Assembly (NCBI GenBank): GCA_902762905.1
Contig: CACWQE010000006.1
Span: forward strand, 113-64,112
Source of the DNA: an uncultured Lachnospiraceae bacterium
Lineage (GTDB): Bacteria > Bacillota > Clostridia > Lachnospirales > Lachnospiraceae
Direction: 5' to 3'
Length of the DNA stretch: 64,000 bases
Part shown: piece by piece, positions 41,578-51,693 of the stretch
How the letters are laid out: every line of letters starts with the position of its first letter
Position numbering within the stretch: position 1 is the stretch's first letter
Notes under the pieces: generated by a model
What the model was told of the DNA's origin: nothing
The model's input: the letters and a program-made list of their open reading frames with translations, nothing else
Database searches by the model: none
Made by a program: the position numbers and the translations under genes

Positions 41578-42561
41578 CTATACATACCCATACAAGCCAC
41601 GAACCGATACTTCACCAGATATAATGGATCGCTGTACACCCGCCTTATCTTCTACGATCAGACCTCCGCGCTGATCTACGCCAATTGCCCGCAATACCGT
41701 CTCCTGCTCTTTTTCTACTATCTTAACATCTTTCCCACGGTTGATCAGCCTTGCATTATAATCCTCAACTAACCCTTGCAGATCCTCTGTCTCTAAGAAC
41801 TTCTCATAATATACCTCAAAACAATTAAAAAACTCTGCCAGCAAACGGGTTCGATCCACCTTTTTTCCTGTTTCCAGACAGATGGATGACGCTATATCAC
41901 GAATCTCTTCCGGAAACTCTGTCTGGTTGCAATTCACTCCGATTCCAACCACCACATAATTAATATATTCCAAGTCACTGCTGCTCTCTGTCAGGATTCC
42001 GCATAACTTCTTACCATTTGCGATCACATCATTCGGCCACTTGATCATTGTCCGCAGTCCCATCACATTTTCAACTGCCTGTGCTAATGCCAATGCCGAT
42101 ACCAACGTGATCATGGATGCACGGTCTGCATGTACATCCGGTCTTAACAGCACCGTGAAATAACAGTTTCCCATTGGGGATACCCATGTCTTGCCTCTGC
42201 GTCCTTTTCCTGCTGTCTGCTGCTCTGCAATCACAACCGTTCCATTGTCCCCACCGGACTCTCCTAATATCTTCGCCTGCGTATTCGTGGAATCCATCTT
42301 CTTATCATAAACAATATTGTGTGCCAGCCACTGTGTATGAAGATATTCTCCGATACGCTTTGGATCGATCACATCCGGTTCTTCGACTAAATGATATCCT
42401 TTGTTATTCACAGATTCAATCACATATCCATCCTCTTTCAACGCATTAATATTCTTCCATACTGCCGTTCTGGAAATTCCTAACTGGTCGCACAATGTCT
42501 GCCCTGACACAAATGAATCCTGTTGTTGTAACATTTCTAATATCTTATCTTTCGTTGCCAT
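41578..42561 (-). CDS. birA: Bifunctional biotin-[acetyl-CoA-carboxylase] ligase / biotin operon repressor
   Basis: The product has an N-terminal HTH (GQTLCDQLGISRTAVWKNINALK) and the GRGRRGK-type biotin-binding loop (TAGKGRRGKTW). I prefer the ATG at 42561, which follows GGAGGAAGAGG. Confidence 0.9.
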   Translation of the reverse strand: MATKDKILEMLQQQDSFVSGQTLCDQLGISRTAVWKNINALKEDGYVIESVNNKGYHLVEEPDVIDPKRIGEYLHTQWLAHNIVYDKKMDSTNTQAKILGESGGDNGTVVIAEQQTAGKGRRGKTWVSPMGNCYFTVLLRPDVHADRASMITLVSALALAQAVENVMGLRTMIKWPNDVIANGKKLCGILTESSSDLEYINYVVVGIGVNCNQTEFPEEIRDIASSICLETGKKVDRTRLLAEFFNCFEVYYEKFLETEDLQGLVEDYNARLINRGKDVKIVEKEQETVLRAIGVDQRGGLIVEDKAGVQRSIISGEVSVRGLYGYV

Positions 42562-42669
42562 TACCTCTTCCTCCATTCCAATCGTATCCATTTCATTCTT
42601 CCCCAGTATCTCAATCACCAAAAGCATTCCTTCCTGTTACATATGCTTCCCTGTTTCCGATCTATCGTA

Positions 42670-43158
42670 TTACTGCTCTTCTTGTTCTGCCTCTTTCTTC
42701 TTAATCTTCAGCATACCATATAACGCCTCTCCAATCTCCCGATTTGAAGTAAATGGTATCACAAACTGTTCTTTTCCGATGTAGATCTGAATCAGGCTGT
42801 AGTCCATATTCTCATTGGGAACCACATATCCAAGATCCCGAATCTCACCATAAGAGATTGTCATTTCTTTCCGATGCATCTTAAGTGTCATCGTCTTATC
42901 TCCAAACACATATGTAATATCATATGCCTGCGGGCGTAATGTCTGCCGCAGCAGATAGATTCCGTATGCAAGACAGCCCGCACAAAGAACTGCTGTCACA
43001 ATGCGGTTTGTCGGTTCTTTACTCGTTATCACTACAACAATGCGGATTACTGCAATCATAATAAAGATTCCTGCAATCACGCGCATACCAATCCGATTAT
43101 TCTTATTCTTTCTTACTGTATGTTCCATAAAATATCCTTCCCGCCATTTCTTTATCAT
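42670..43158 (-). CDS. Small membrane protein of unknown function
   Basis: It has two N-terminal TM helices and a soluble C-terminal domain. The start is uncertain (43158 or 43128). Confidence 0.5.
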   Translation of the reverse strand: MIKKWREGYFMEHTVRKNKNNRIGMRVIAGIFIMIAVIRIVVVITSKEPTNRIVTAVLCAGCLAYGIYLLRQTLRPQAYDITYVFGDKTMTLKMHRKEMTISYGEIRDLGYVVPNENMDYSLIQIYIGKEQFVIPFTSNREIGEALYGMLKIKKKEAEQEEQ

Positions 43159-43315
43159 TCATTTTCTCATGTGCACATTATAGCTCAAATCCGGAAGAAA
43201 AGCGAGTAGCAATATAAAGCGGCGATAATTTAGGGATCACAATTATCCGTTTATATTTGCTAATATTTGACATGCAGAGACAATAATTGTAAGTTATATA
43301 TCAGAAATACAAGAA

Positions 43316-43361
43316 AAAGCCTGCCGGAGCTTCCACTCTCCAGCAGGCTTTCTCTATAGGA
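43316..43361 (-). terminator. Intrinsic terminator after purA
   Basis: On the minus strand, AAAGCCTGCTGGAG...CTCCGGCAGGCTTT is followed by TTCTTGTATTT. Confidence 0.8.
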
Positions 43362-43380
43362 TAACCTTTATATATTATTC

Positions 43381-44658
43381 TTAACGATAGATAATATCTT
43401 CTCTTCCCGGTCCATTGGAAACCATCGTAATAGGGAATCCAATCTGCTCCTCAACGAACTCGATATACTTTCTACAATTCTCCGGAAGATCTTCATACTT
43501 CTTGATTCCACGGATATCTGTCTTCCATCCTGGCAATGTCTTAAGTACCGGCTTTGCCTTCTCAAGCTTTGCTGTTGTTGGGAAATCTGTTGTAACTTCC
43601 CCATCAATATCATAACCAACGCATACCGGAATCTCATCTAAGTATCCTAATACATCCAATACTGTAAATGCTACATCCGTTGTACCCTGAATACGACATC
43701 CATACTTAGAAGCAACACAGTCGAACCAACCCATTCTTCTAGGACGTCCTGTTGTTGCACCAAACTCACCGCCATCACCACCACGGCGTCTTAATTCGTC
43801 TGCCTCATCGCCAAAAATCTCACTGACAAATGCACCAGCACCAACAGCAGAAGAATATGCCTTTACAACCGTAACAATCTTCTGAATCTCATATGGTGGA
43901 ATACCAGCTCCGATTGCACCATATGCTGCTAAGGTAGAAGAAGAAGTAACCATAGGATAGATACCATGATCCGGATCTTTCAGAGAACCCAACTGACCCT
44001 CTAATAAGATGTTCTTTCCATCCTTGATTGCCTGCCACAAATATGCAGATACATCACATACATACGGCTCTACCATGCTCTTATATTCCATCAATGTGTT
44101 ATATACTTCATCTACTGTAAGCAATGGCTGATGATACAAATGCTCTAACAGGATATTCTTCTGTGCGATCACACGTTCAATCTTATCCTTCAACGCAGCC
44201 TCATCCATAAATAACTCGGATACCTGGAATCCGATCTTCGCATATTTATCAGAATAGAATGGAGCAATACCAGACTTTGTAGAACCAAATGACTTACCTG
44301 CAAGTCTTGCTTCTTCATAAGTATCGAACAATACATGATATGGCATAACCATCTGTGCTCTGTCTGATACTAAGATCTTTGGTGCCGGGACTCCTTTCGA
44401 GGTCACTTCCTGAATCTCTTTGAATAATTTTGGAATATCTAATGCAACACCATTACCAATAATACTTGTGGTGTGATCATAGAATACACCAGATGGTAAT
44501 GTATGAAGTGCAAACTTACCGTAATTGTTCACGATCGTGTGACCTGCATTGGCACCACCCTGAAAACGTACAATAATGTCTGCTTCCTTACTTAACATAT
44601 CGGTAATCTTACCTTTACCTTCGTCTCCCCAATTCGCTCCTACTACTGCTTTAACCAT
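43381..44658 (-). CDS. purA: Adenylosuccinate synthetase
   Basis: The P-loop is GANWGDEGKGK and the TTGRPRR motif is present. I prefer the ATG at 44658 (MVKAVVGANWGDEGKGK). Confidence 0.95.
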   Translation of the reverse strand: MVKAVVGANWGDEGKGKITDMLSKEADIIVRFQGGANAGHTIVNNYGKFALHTLPSGVFYDHTTSIIGNGVALDIPKLFKEIQEVTSKGVPAPKILVSDRAQMVMPYHVLFDTYEEARLAGKSFGSTKSGIAPFYSDKYAKIGFQVSELFMDEAALKDKIERVIAQKNILLEHLYHQPLLTVDEVYNTLMEYKSMVEPYVCDVSAYLWQAIKDGKNILLEGQLGSLKDPDHGIYPMVTSSSTLAAYGAIGAGIPPYEIQKIVTVVKAYSSAVGAGAFVSEIFGDEADELRRRGGDGGEFGATTGRPRRMGWFDCVASKYGCRIQGTTDVAFTVLDVLGYLDEIPVCVGYDIDGEVTTDFPTTAKLEKAKPVLKTLPGWKTDIRGIKKYEDLPENCRKYIEFVEEQIGFPITMVSNGPGREDIIYR

Positions 44659-44902
44659 GTGCATAACCCTTTCTTTGACCATATATATTGTAAATGAGGA
44701 CAGAACCGTCCTTCATCACACTCGTTCAGTATACTGCAATTCAAGACATAAGTAAAATCAATATTTCTAATACTAGCCATAAGCTGTGCTTATATCTCAT
44801 AAGTACAGCTTATACCTAAAAAAAGAACAGCCACCTTCACATTCCCATTCTACGCAAAGGATAGCTGCTCTATATTAAAGAAAGGTTTTCCAATTAGATT
44901 AA

Positions 44903-45175
44903 CTATGCAACCTTAATATTCTTCTCAATAAATGTCTTGATCAAGGTCTTCTCTTTCTCGGTTGTAATTGGATCTAATACGATTCTTCCGTTCTCCTTAC
45001 CGTATACACAAGCATACAGATCCACCTGCTTACCAGTCTCTTCCTTGGCATTATCTGCCTCTGTATAGATCAGATAACGCTGCCCATTCTCCGGATTCTC
45101 TACTACACTCAATCCAACATATACGATCTCCTGACCCTTTTCATTCACTAATTTAAATGTGTTATTTAACTCCAT
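44903..45175 (-). CDS. DUF1292-family small protein
   Basis: The 90-aa acidic product has the DUF1292-like pattern (NEKGQEIVY...QRYLIYTE...LDPITTEKE). Confidence 0.6.
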   Translation of the reverse strand: MELNNTFKLVNEKGQEIVYVGLSVVENPENGQRYLIYTEADNAKEETGKQVDLYACVYGKENGRIVLDPITTEKEKTLIKTFIEKNIKVA

Positions 45176-45278
45176 CTTATCCTCCTATTCACTATCCGCT
45201 TACATTGTGCCCTTCTAAGATTCTCTGATCATGCCACGCTGCAAGACGTTAATAGCTTCCTATTGTGCTATCGGTTCT

Positions 45279-46175
45279 CTAATTGGTACTCGCTTCCCTA
45301 AGTAATTCCAACAACTTAGCTGCTGCTACAGACATCGTAGAACGTTGATCGGTTAGCAGACACATATCCCGTTCCGGAATCTTCTTCTTAAACTCTAACC
45401 GGAACAACTCCCCACTGTCGATCTGCTTCTTCGCAAAATCTTCTACAACACACCCAATTCCCAGATTACGCATTGCAAACTGCACAATCATGTCACTTGT
45501 TGCAAGTTCGAATTCCGGTGTAACAGATACCTTTCTCTCTTCCAAATAGCTATCTACATATTTCCTTGTACTCGTATCACCTTCCAAGCAGATCAAAGGC
45601 AAAGCAGACAGTTCCTTATAGTCCAGCTTCTTTCCCTTCAAATAACGGAACTTTTCCCCCGCCACAAACACATCCTGAATCTTGCGAACGCATGTAATAT
45701 CATACTTCGAATCAATATCTAAGGGTTTGGTCACTACCCCAAAATCAATTCTTCCCTGATTCAGGTGGTCAATGGTCTGTGGCGTAGGTGCATTCGTCAC
45801 AGTAACTTTAATCTCAGGATACAGTTGATGAAAACGTTCCAGATATGGCAACAGATAGAATTGCAACGACATATCGCTCGCACCAATCCGTACCTCTCCA
45901 TATTCCAAATTCATCATCTTCGCAAGCTGTGTCTCACCCGCCAAGATCGTCTCATAACCATTCCCGACATAAGAATACAATAAAGTTCCAGCTCGGGTTA
46001 AACTGACACCTTTCGCACGTCTGGTAAAAAGCTCAATCCCTAATCCCTGCTCGAGCTGTTTCACAGCTTGGGAGACGGCAGGTTGTGATATACAAAGCTT
46101 CTTTGCAGCACCAGTTATGCTTAGTTCGGTGGCTACATGATAGAAAATCTTATAGTATTCCAGATTGATATTCAT
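45279..46175 (-). CDS. LysR-family transcriptional regulator
   Basis: The wHTH is MNINLEYYKIFYHVATELSITGAAKKLCISQPAVSQAVKQLE. I prefer the ATG at 46175, which follows AAGGAGAG. Confidence 0.88.
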   Translation of the reverse strand: MNINLEYYKIFYHVATELSITGAAKKLCISQPAVSQAVKQLEQGLGIELFTRRAKGVSLTRAGTLLYSYVGNGYETILAGETQLAKMMNLEYGEVRIGASDMSLQFYLLPYLERFHQLYPEIKVTVTNAPTPQTIDHLNQGRIDFGVVTKPLDIDSKYDITCVRKIQDVFVAGEKFRYLKGKKLDYKELSALPLICLEGDTSTRKYVDSYLEERKVSVTPEFELATSDMIVQFAMRNLGIGCVVEDFAKKQIDSGELFRLEFKKKIPERDMCLLTDQRSTMSVAAAKLLELLREASTN

Positions 46176-46491
46176 ATAATCTCTCCTTATGCCTAATAGA
46201 TTTCCCATAAGCAGATTATATACCATAAAATTTGATTTGTACACCCCTAAAATGCATTTTTTATTTCATTTTTTCAAAAAAATCATGTTAATATGTATGC
46301 TTATTGCCTTATAAATATACATAATATTTTGTTCTTATATTTATTAATTTCTCTGCCATAATCTTGGCTTATACCTCACACTTATTTCCTCTCAAACAAT
46401 CGAGTAGGCTAGCTCCTACTCGATGAACATTGGCCGTCATATAGAAATTTGTGCAAGCACAATTTCTATATGACGGCTTATTGCACAAACA

Positions 46492-46521
46492 GGGCACCAT
46501 AGCTTTCCAGCTATGATGCCC
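46492..46521 (-). terminator. First hairpin downstream of the GH16 gene (probable terminator)
   Basis: GGGCACCATAGCT and AGCTATGATGCCC are complementary at 12/13 positions with a 4-nt loop. The minus-strand tail is UGUUUGUG. Confidence 0.55.
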
Positions 46522-46553
46522 CGTTATAATACGAATTCCTATCTTTAAAATAA

Positions 46554-49500
46554 TTATTCTGTTATTTCTGTTAATACAAAGTCAGATAATGTAATGACTG
46601 CAGCTTCTGTTGGTTTATATGTTGTTTTACCTTCAGAAGTGTATGTATCAATTACTCCCATATTTACATTCATCTGGATTGCATTACAAGTATCCTTATC
46701 AGTCAAATCTACCGTATAATTAACAACCTTTTCAACACCCGCTTCTAACTCCAATGACTCTCCACCGTACCATGTATATTTGTTCTCTGTCGGATCCTGA
46801 AATACATACTTGATGGTGCGGTTTGTTGAAGAAGTAACCTTAAATGTAAAATGGTACTTCTTTCCTGTCTCCAATGTTAACGGCTCCTGTGTCAGTTTTA
46901 CATTCCACTCCTCTGTTCCAGGGTTATTTACAGTATAGGTTATTTTTCTATCTGCAACACTGATACTTCCCAATTCTTCTGAAAGAATATATGGCTTCCA
47001 GTTTGTTGTTCCATCAGCAAAATTACCATTTGCAATGATATTAGTTGTCTCTGTACCTGCAGATGTTTTCTCAACTAAAGAGATATTAGAAAGTGTAACT
47101 GTATGCTCCGCTGTAATCTGTGCACCCTCTTCTTCACCGATTTTACCTAATGAGAAGCTGAGTACTGCATATTTATCATTCTCTGTCATTGTAAATTCAT
47201 CTTCTACATGCTGAGACTCTGAAGTCAAATCCACATCCGCTTCCTTATATACACCCCAAACTCCACCATTTTTATCACCGTTTTTCTGAACGGCATAATG
47301 CATCTTACGATTCATACTAGACTGCACATCATATGACAATACATAGGTTTTACCTGCCTGAAGTGGTATATCATTCTGCTTAAGCTGTACGTGCCAGTCC
47401 TCGGTGCCTGTGTTCTTGATTGTATAGGTAATTGCTCCATTTGCAATTGCACTGGAAGCATCTGCAACAACATCACTATCCCAGTTTGCAATGGTTTCAA
47501 CCCATGCAGAATCTTTACCAACACCTTTGGCAAAATCTGCTTCCTGAACCAGATTCGTTCCTGCCGGAATATCCGGGAACACATCCTCCGGCTCTGCAAT
47601 CTTCTCCAGAGAAATATCATCAATACAGATTCTGTGCTGGGTCGTAATCTGTTTATCAACATTACCCATCGCAATATTGAAAATAGAACCTTTATCTGTT
47701 TCATAATTCATCTTGAAGTTCACACTAATGGTCTGGTATTCTCCGTTCACGTCAACCGTATCCTGTACATAAGGAGTCCAGTCTTCCTTACCTGCTTCGG
47801 TCTTGTGCACCGCACCGTTTCTCTGAATTGCATAAGATACCTTTCTGCCACCGGCAAGATCTGTCTTAATCTTAAACTTCAGATTGTACCACTGTTCCTT
47901 CTCCAGTACCACATCTGACTGCTTTAACTGGATATGCCAATCCTGGTCTCCGGTATTCTTGATTGTAATATCAAATGCATTATTTTCTTTCTGACTGTCT
48001 ACAACATAAGTCACATTACTTGGCGTATAGGCATATACTTCATAGCCTGCAAGCCCTGCATTAAAGGAACCATTCTTAATCAAGGTATCCTCTACCAAAC
48101 GAATGTTGTCTAATAATACGGTACCATTAACACCAAGTGCGAATTCGATATCGTCGATTGACTCAATATTTGCCTCTGCACCAATTGTAAGCTTCAGTGT
48201 ATAGCTCTGACTCTTCTTGCCAATTGTAAATGTACGTGTAGCACCTGCCACCTTAACAGTAATATCCTTTGTCTCCTCAGCATTCTCTGTATCCAGACAT
48301 GCATCAAAGCTTAACGCATATTTACCCGGTGTCAGCGGAAGCCCAGTCTGCTTCAACACAACCTCATTTGCAGCTTCGCAGCCCTTTGTTGTAATCTTAA
48401 ATCTTCTGTTGTCCAGGACTCCTGTAACCCCGTAGTTCGCCTTGCTGCCTGCATCTTCAATATCCCAATACTGCAGGTTCTTCTTTCCGGTTTCTGTCCC
48501 CTCCTGGAACTTGCCATTGTACACATAGTTGCCATCTGTCAATACCTTCTTGCTGTCATCGATTTTCACATCGCCAATTCTTGTGAAATTCACATTGGTG
48601 ATAAATACATCAGAAATTGGATCTGTTTTACCAAGGTTAAACTCTAAACGTGCATTGGCATCGTCATGGTCTGTCACCTCAAATGTATATGTATATGTCT
48701 GCTTGGTTGTTGTAAGTGCTACTTCCGTATCATTCAAATATCTTGCGTAATTGTAATCCGGAGCGGAAACATCCACAATCATCTTTCTGTCACTTTCCGC
48801 ATATGCATCAAAGCTTATCTGATACTTACCGCCTCTCTTCACAGGAAGGTTCGCCTGTACAAACTGAACGGCATAGCTTTCTGTACCGGCTGCTGTGGTC
48901 TTAATCTGTACAGCCTTGGCACCTTCACCGAACGCAGGGGCCTCTACGATAGCAGCCGTTGCCTTGCCACCCTTATCAGTCATAAACTGCCATTTAGAAC
49001 CATTTTCGCCTGACAGGTCATCTTCTTTAGAAAAATCATTATTCGTTAAGTAGTTCTCGCCTTTTCCCGGCTCTTCAACCTCCGGCTTTACCGGCTTTTC
49101 TACTGTGGCCTCTTTTTCCGCGTAGTATTCCGGTGACTTCTGATATGCCTTTACATAGTCTACAGTAAATGCCTGGTCATCATAAGTTGTTGTTCCATCC
49201 GGATAACCAACCCACGAGCCGCCGATTGCCAAATTCAGAATCATATAAAACGGCTGGTCAAATGGTGCCGGATAGGCAACGGTACCCTGTCCTTCTGTTG
49301 TAGAATACCAGTCCTTTGCTTCATGGTACTTGATACCATCTACATACCATACAATCTTGCCCGGCTCCCACTCTACCGCATAGGTATGATACTGACTGGA
49401 GAAATCTCCCTCTGTTATCACTTTTGTTCCCTGTGCCTGACCGTGAGGGTTACCATAGTGAATGGTTCCATAGGCTTTCTTGGTATTATCACCCATAACC

Positions 49501-50438
49501 TCCATAATATCTATCTCACCACATCTTGGCCACTGTCCGTACAGATTCTCGTTGGTAGGCATCATCCAAAATGCAGGAAGATATCCTTTTCCTGTTGGAA
49601 CCTTTACTCTTGTCTCAAATAAACCATAGGTAAAGTCATGCTTGCCCCGTGTGTTGATACGTCCTGACGTATATGTAGCATTTCCTTCTCCATCCACTGT
49701 CTTAATTGGCTTGATAACCAGATTGCCGTCCTTCACATAGATATTATCTGTGCTGTCTACATATTCCTGAAGCTCCGCATTTACCCATCCCGGCTCATGT
49801 GTCTCTACATTCCAATCCTTACGATTTAACTCCTCACCATCAAACTCATCCTTCCATTTCAAGGTATATCCCTCATAAGAAAGATCTTTCTTCTCTGGAT
49901 TTTCAGGTTTTTCAGGCTTCTCAGGTTTTTCAGGCTTGTCCTGCTTATTATCTTCAGATGGTTTCTGCTCTTCGTTCTTTTTATCCTCTGAGGGCTTTGT
50001 AACCTCATCCTTTTTATCTGTTGTTGACTCTGTTGTACTTGTCTGTGTCGTACTCTGCGTTGTTGTATTCGTCTCTTTCTTTCTTACAACAACTTTTATC
50101 CGTGTCTTCTTCTTGGAATTTGCCACACTTTTAATGGTTATAACAGCCTTTCCTTCCTTTACCGCTTTAATCTTACCAGACTTGTTCACCATCGCTACAG
50201 ACTTCTTAGAAGACGCATAAGTTACCTTCTCACTAACCGCTCCTTTCTTTTTCACCTTAACCTTCAAGCGGAAAGACTGCTTTGGTTCTAACTCAAGCTT
50301 CTTGTTTTTCACGTTCTTAACTACGATTCCTTTAACATTACCTTTATTCTTAGCCGATACTGATGTAGCTGGTACAATACTAACAATCATCACTGCCATA
50401 AGCAGCCACGCTATACTCTGTTTCAAAATACCTTTCAT
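46554..50438 (-). CDS. Secreted multi-modular GH16 beta-glucanase (laminarinase/lichenase type) with a Big_2 domain, a PEK linker and about five CBM4/9-like modules
   Basis: The product has a signal peptide, a Big_2-like Ig module and a Thr-rich plus PEKPEKPEKPENPEK linker. The GH16 catalytic motif is GEIDIME. Five repeated modules of about 150 aa resemble CBM_4_9 (for example NTGDQDWHIQLKQ, NTGTEDWHVQLKQ, NPGTEEWNVKLTQ). Confidence 0.88.
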   Translation of the reverse strand: MKGILKQSIAWLLMAVMIVSIVPATSVSAKNKGNVKGIVVKNVKNKKLELEPKQSFRLKVKVKKKGAVSEKVTYASSKKSVAMVNKSGKIKAVKEGKAVITIKSVANSKKKTRIKVVVRKKETNTTTQSTTQTSTTESTTDKKDEVTKPSEDKKNEEQKPSEDNKQDKPEKPEKPEKPENPEKKDLSYEGYTLKWKDEFDGEELNRKDWNVETHEPGWVNAELQEYVDSTDNIYVKDGNLVIKPIKTVDGEGNATYTSGRINTRGKHDFTYGLFETRVKVPTGKGYLPAFWMMPTNENLYGQWPRCGEIDIMEVMGDNTKKAYGTIHYGNPHGQAQGTKVITEGDFSSQYHTYAVEWEPGKIVWYVDGIKYHEAKDWYSTTEGQGTVAYPAPFDQPFYMILNLAIGGSWVGYPDGTTTYDDQAFTVDYVKAYQKSPEYYAEKEATVEKPVKPEVEEPGKGENYLTNNDFSKEDDLSGENGSKWQFMTDKGGKATAAIVEAPAFGEGAKAVQIKTTAAGTESYAVQFVQANLPVKRGGKYQISFDAYAESDRKMIVDVSAPDYNYARYLNDTEVALTTTKQTYTYTFEVTDHDDANARLEFNLGKTDPISDVFITNVNFTRIGDVKIDDSKKVLTDGNYVYNGKFQEGTETGKKNLQYWDIEDAGSKANYGVTGVLDNRRFKITTKGCEAANEVVLKQTGLPLTPGKYALSFDACLDTENAEETKDITVKVAGATRTFTIGKKSQSYTLKLTIGAEANIESIDDIEFALGVNGTVLLDNIRLVEDTLIKNGSFNAGLAGYEVYAYTPSNVTYVVDSQKENNAFDITIKNTGDQDWHIQLKQSDVVLEKEQWYNLKFKIKTDLAGGRKVSYAIQRNGAVHKTEAGKEDWTPYVQDTVDVNGEYQTISVNFKMNYETDKGSIFNIAMGNVDKQITTQHRICIDDISLEKIAEPEDVFPDIPAGTNLVQEADFAKGVGKDSAWVETIANWDSDVVADASSAIANGAITYTIKNTGTEDWHVQLKQNDIPLQAGKTYVLSYDVQSSMNRKMHYAVQKNGDKNGGVWGVYKEADVDLTSESQHVEDEFTMTENDKYAVLSFSLGKIGEEEGAQITAEHTVTLSNISLVEKTSAGTETTNIIANGNFADGTTNWKPYILSEELGSISVADRKITYTVNNPGTEEWNVKLTQEPLTLETGKKYHFTFKVTSSTNRTIKYVFQDPTENKYTWYGGESLELEAGVEKVVNYTVDLTDKDTCNAIQMNVNMGVIDTYTSEGKTTYKPTEAAVITLSDFVLTEITE
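49896..49938 (-). repeat. Tandem 9-nt coding repeat (PEK linker) inside the GH16 gene
   Basis: On the plus strand, units of ttcaggttt / ttcaggctt occur 4-5 times and encode (K)PEKPEKPEKPENPEK. Confidence 0.7.
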
Positions 50439-50488
50439 TTTCTTATATTCCTTTCTTCCCTTTCATGACACTTTTGTGTTCCTCTTCT

Positions 50489-51514
50489 TTACTTCCTATC
50501 CGTCCACAGATCGAGCAACTTTCCTCTGATCAGACTATAATGGTCATCCACAAAACCGAAATCCATTCCCTTATAATTCCAAACAGCGCAGCCAATATGA
50601 TTCTCACGAAATACTGTATTCACATCCTTGAACCATCTTAATGTATCAATTAACGGAGCTTGATCAATAACACCAAATTCCCCACAATATAAACCTACAC
50701 CTGCATTTGCCGCTGCTTGAACTGCTTCCTGGACCATTTCTCGTATAAATTCTACCCCCATTGTATTCGAATGCGACTTAATCACTACTTCCCCTTGATA
50801 TCCCAACACTTCGGATTCTTTACGATAATCCTGCATCTGTCCCGGATATACAATTGTCTTATTTTTATCCATCGCTTCTACCCAATGTGCTTTCTGATGA
50901 GTAAATAACAGCGGTTCGTAAAAATGAAACGTAAATATCGTGTTAGAATCCATTGGTACTTCCAATAACTTCAATGTCTTAACACTGTTCCACTGAATAC
51001 CACCATATATGACCGGCGTATCATTTGTAATCTGACGAATCGTTGTTACTGTCTTTCTAATCAAATTATTCCACGCCTGTGCATTCTCTTTTTCGACCAC
51101 TTCATTCAATAATTCAAACGCAACGTTATCATAGTGTCCAAAATGCACTGCAATCTGTGCCCATAAGTTTAAGAAACGTTGCTGCAAAGATTCATTTGAA
51201 AATAAGTTATTCTTTTCATTATTTCCTGCATCATTAAAATCGTACCCATATGCTTTATGCAGATCCAACACTACATTCAATTTATAAAGTTTACTCCATT
51301 CCAGAACTCCCTTGATCACAGCATATCCTTCTTCAAGAGTATTCCCCTCTTCATCTTCAAGCACTTCATAATCAATGGGAAGACGAACATGATCAAATCC
51401 CCATCGCGCAATCTGTCTCAGATCACTTTCCTGTATAAATGTCACATAATGTTTCATTGAATGTTCACACTACGATAAATATCCTCCCAGATTAATGCCA
51501 CATTCTAATTTCAT
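50489..51514 (-). pseudogene. GH5 (CelC-like) glycoside hydrolase interrupted by an in-frame TAG at codon 15
   Basis: The track ORF (50489-51457) lacks the conserved GH5 N-terminus. Upstream and in frame, GGAGGAAGA-ATG encodes MKLECGINLGGYLS, then TAG (51470-51472), then CEHS-MKHYVTFIQESD...GFDHVRLP. The catalytic NEV (FELLNEV) is present. Confidence 0.7.
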
Positions 51515-51693
51515 TCTTCCTCCTTTCCGGTCTTAAGACTCTTCACTTTATTGTAGTAATAGTTATACCATGTTATTTTAATCCATTATATCTTTTTCTT
51601 GTGCAATATGTCGTTTTCATGCTATAATCAAACAAGTCATTTTTACCAAAAAAATAATATAAATTTCATCAATCACACCAAGGAGATTTTACT

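Noticed and set aside
41455-41772. A 105-aa plus-strand ORF in the AT-rich spacer that runs into the birA 3' end.
   Set aside because: Its AT-rich, low-complexity translation (Y/I/L/F-rich) overlaps birA on the opposite strand, and it has no RBS.
49896-49938. Short tandem repeats that might suggest a VNTR or CRISPR-like array.
   Set aside because: The 9-nt units lie inside the GH16 reading frame and encode a PEKPEK inter-domain linker. There are no spacers and no cas genes.
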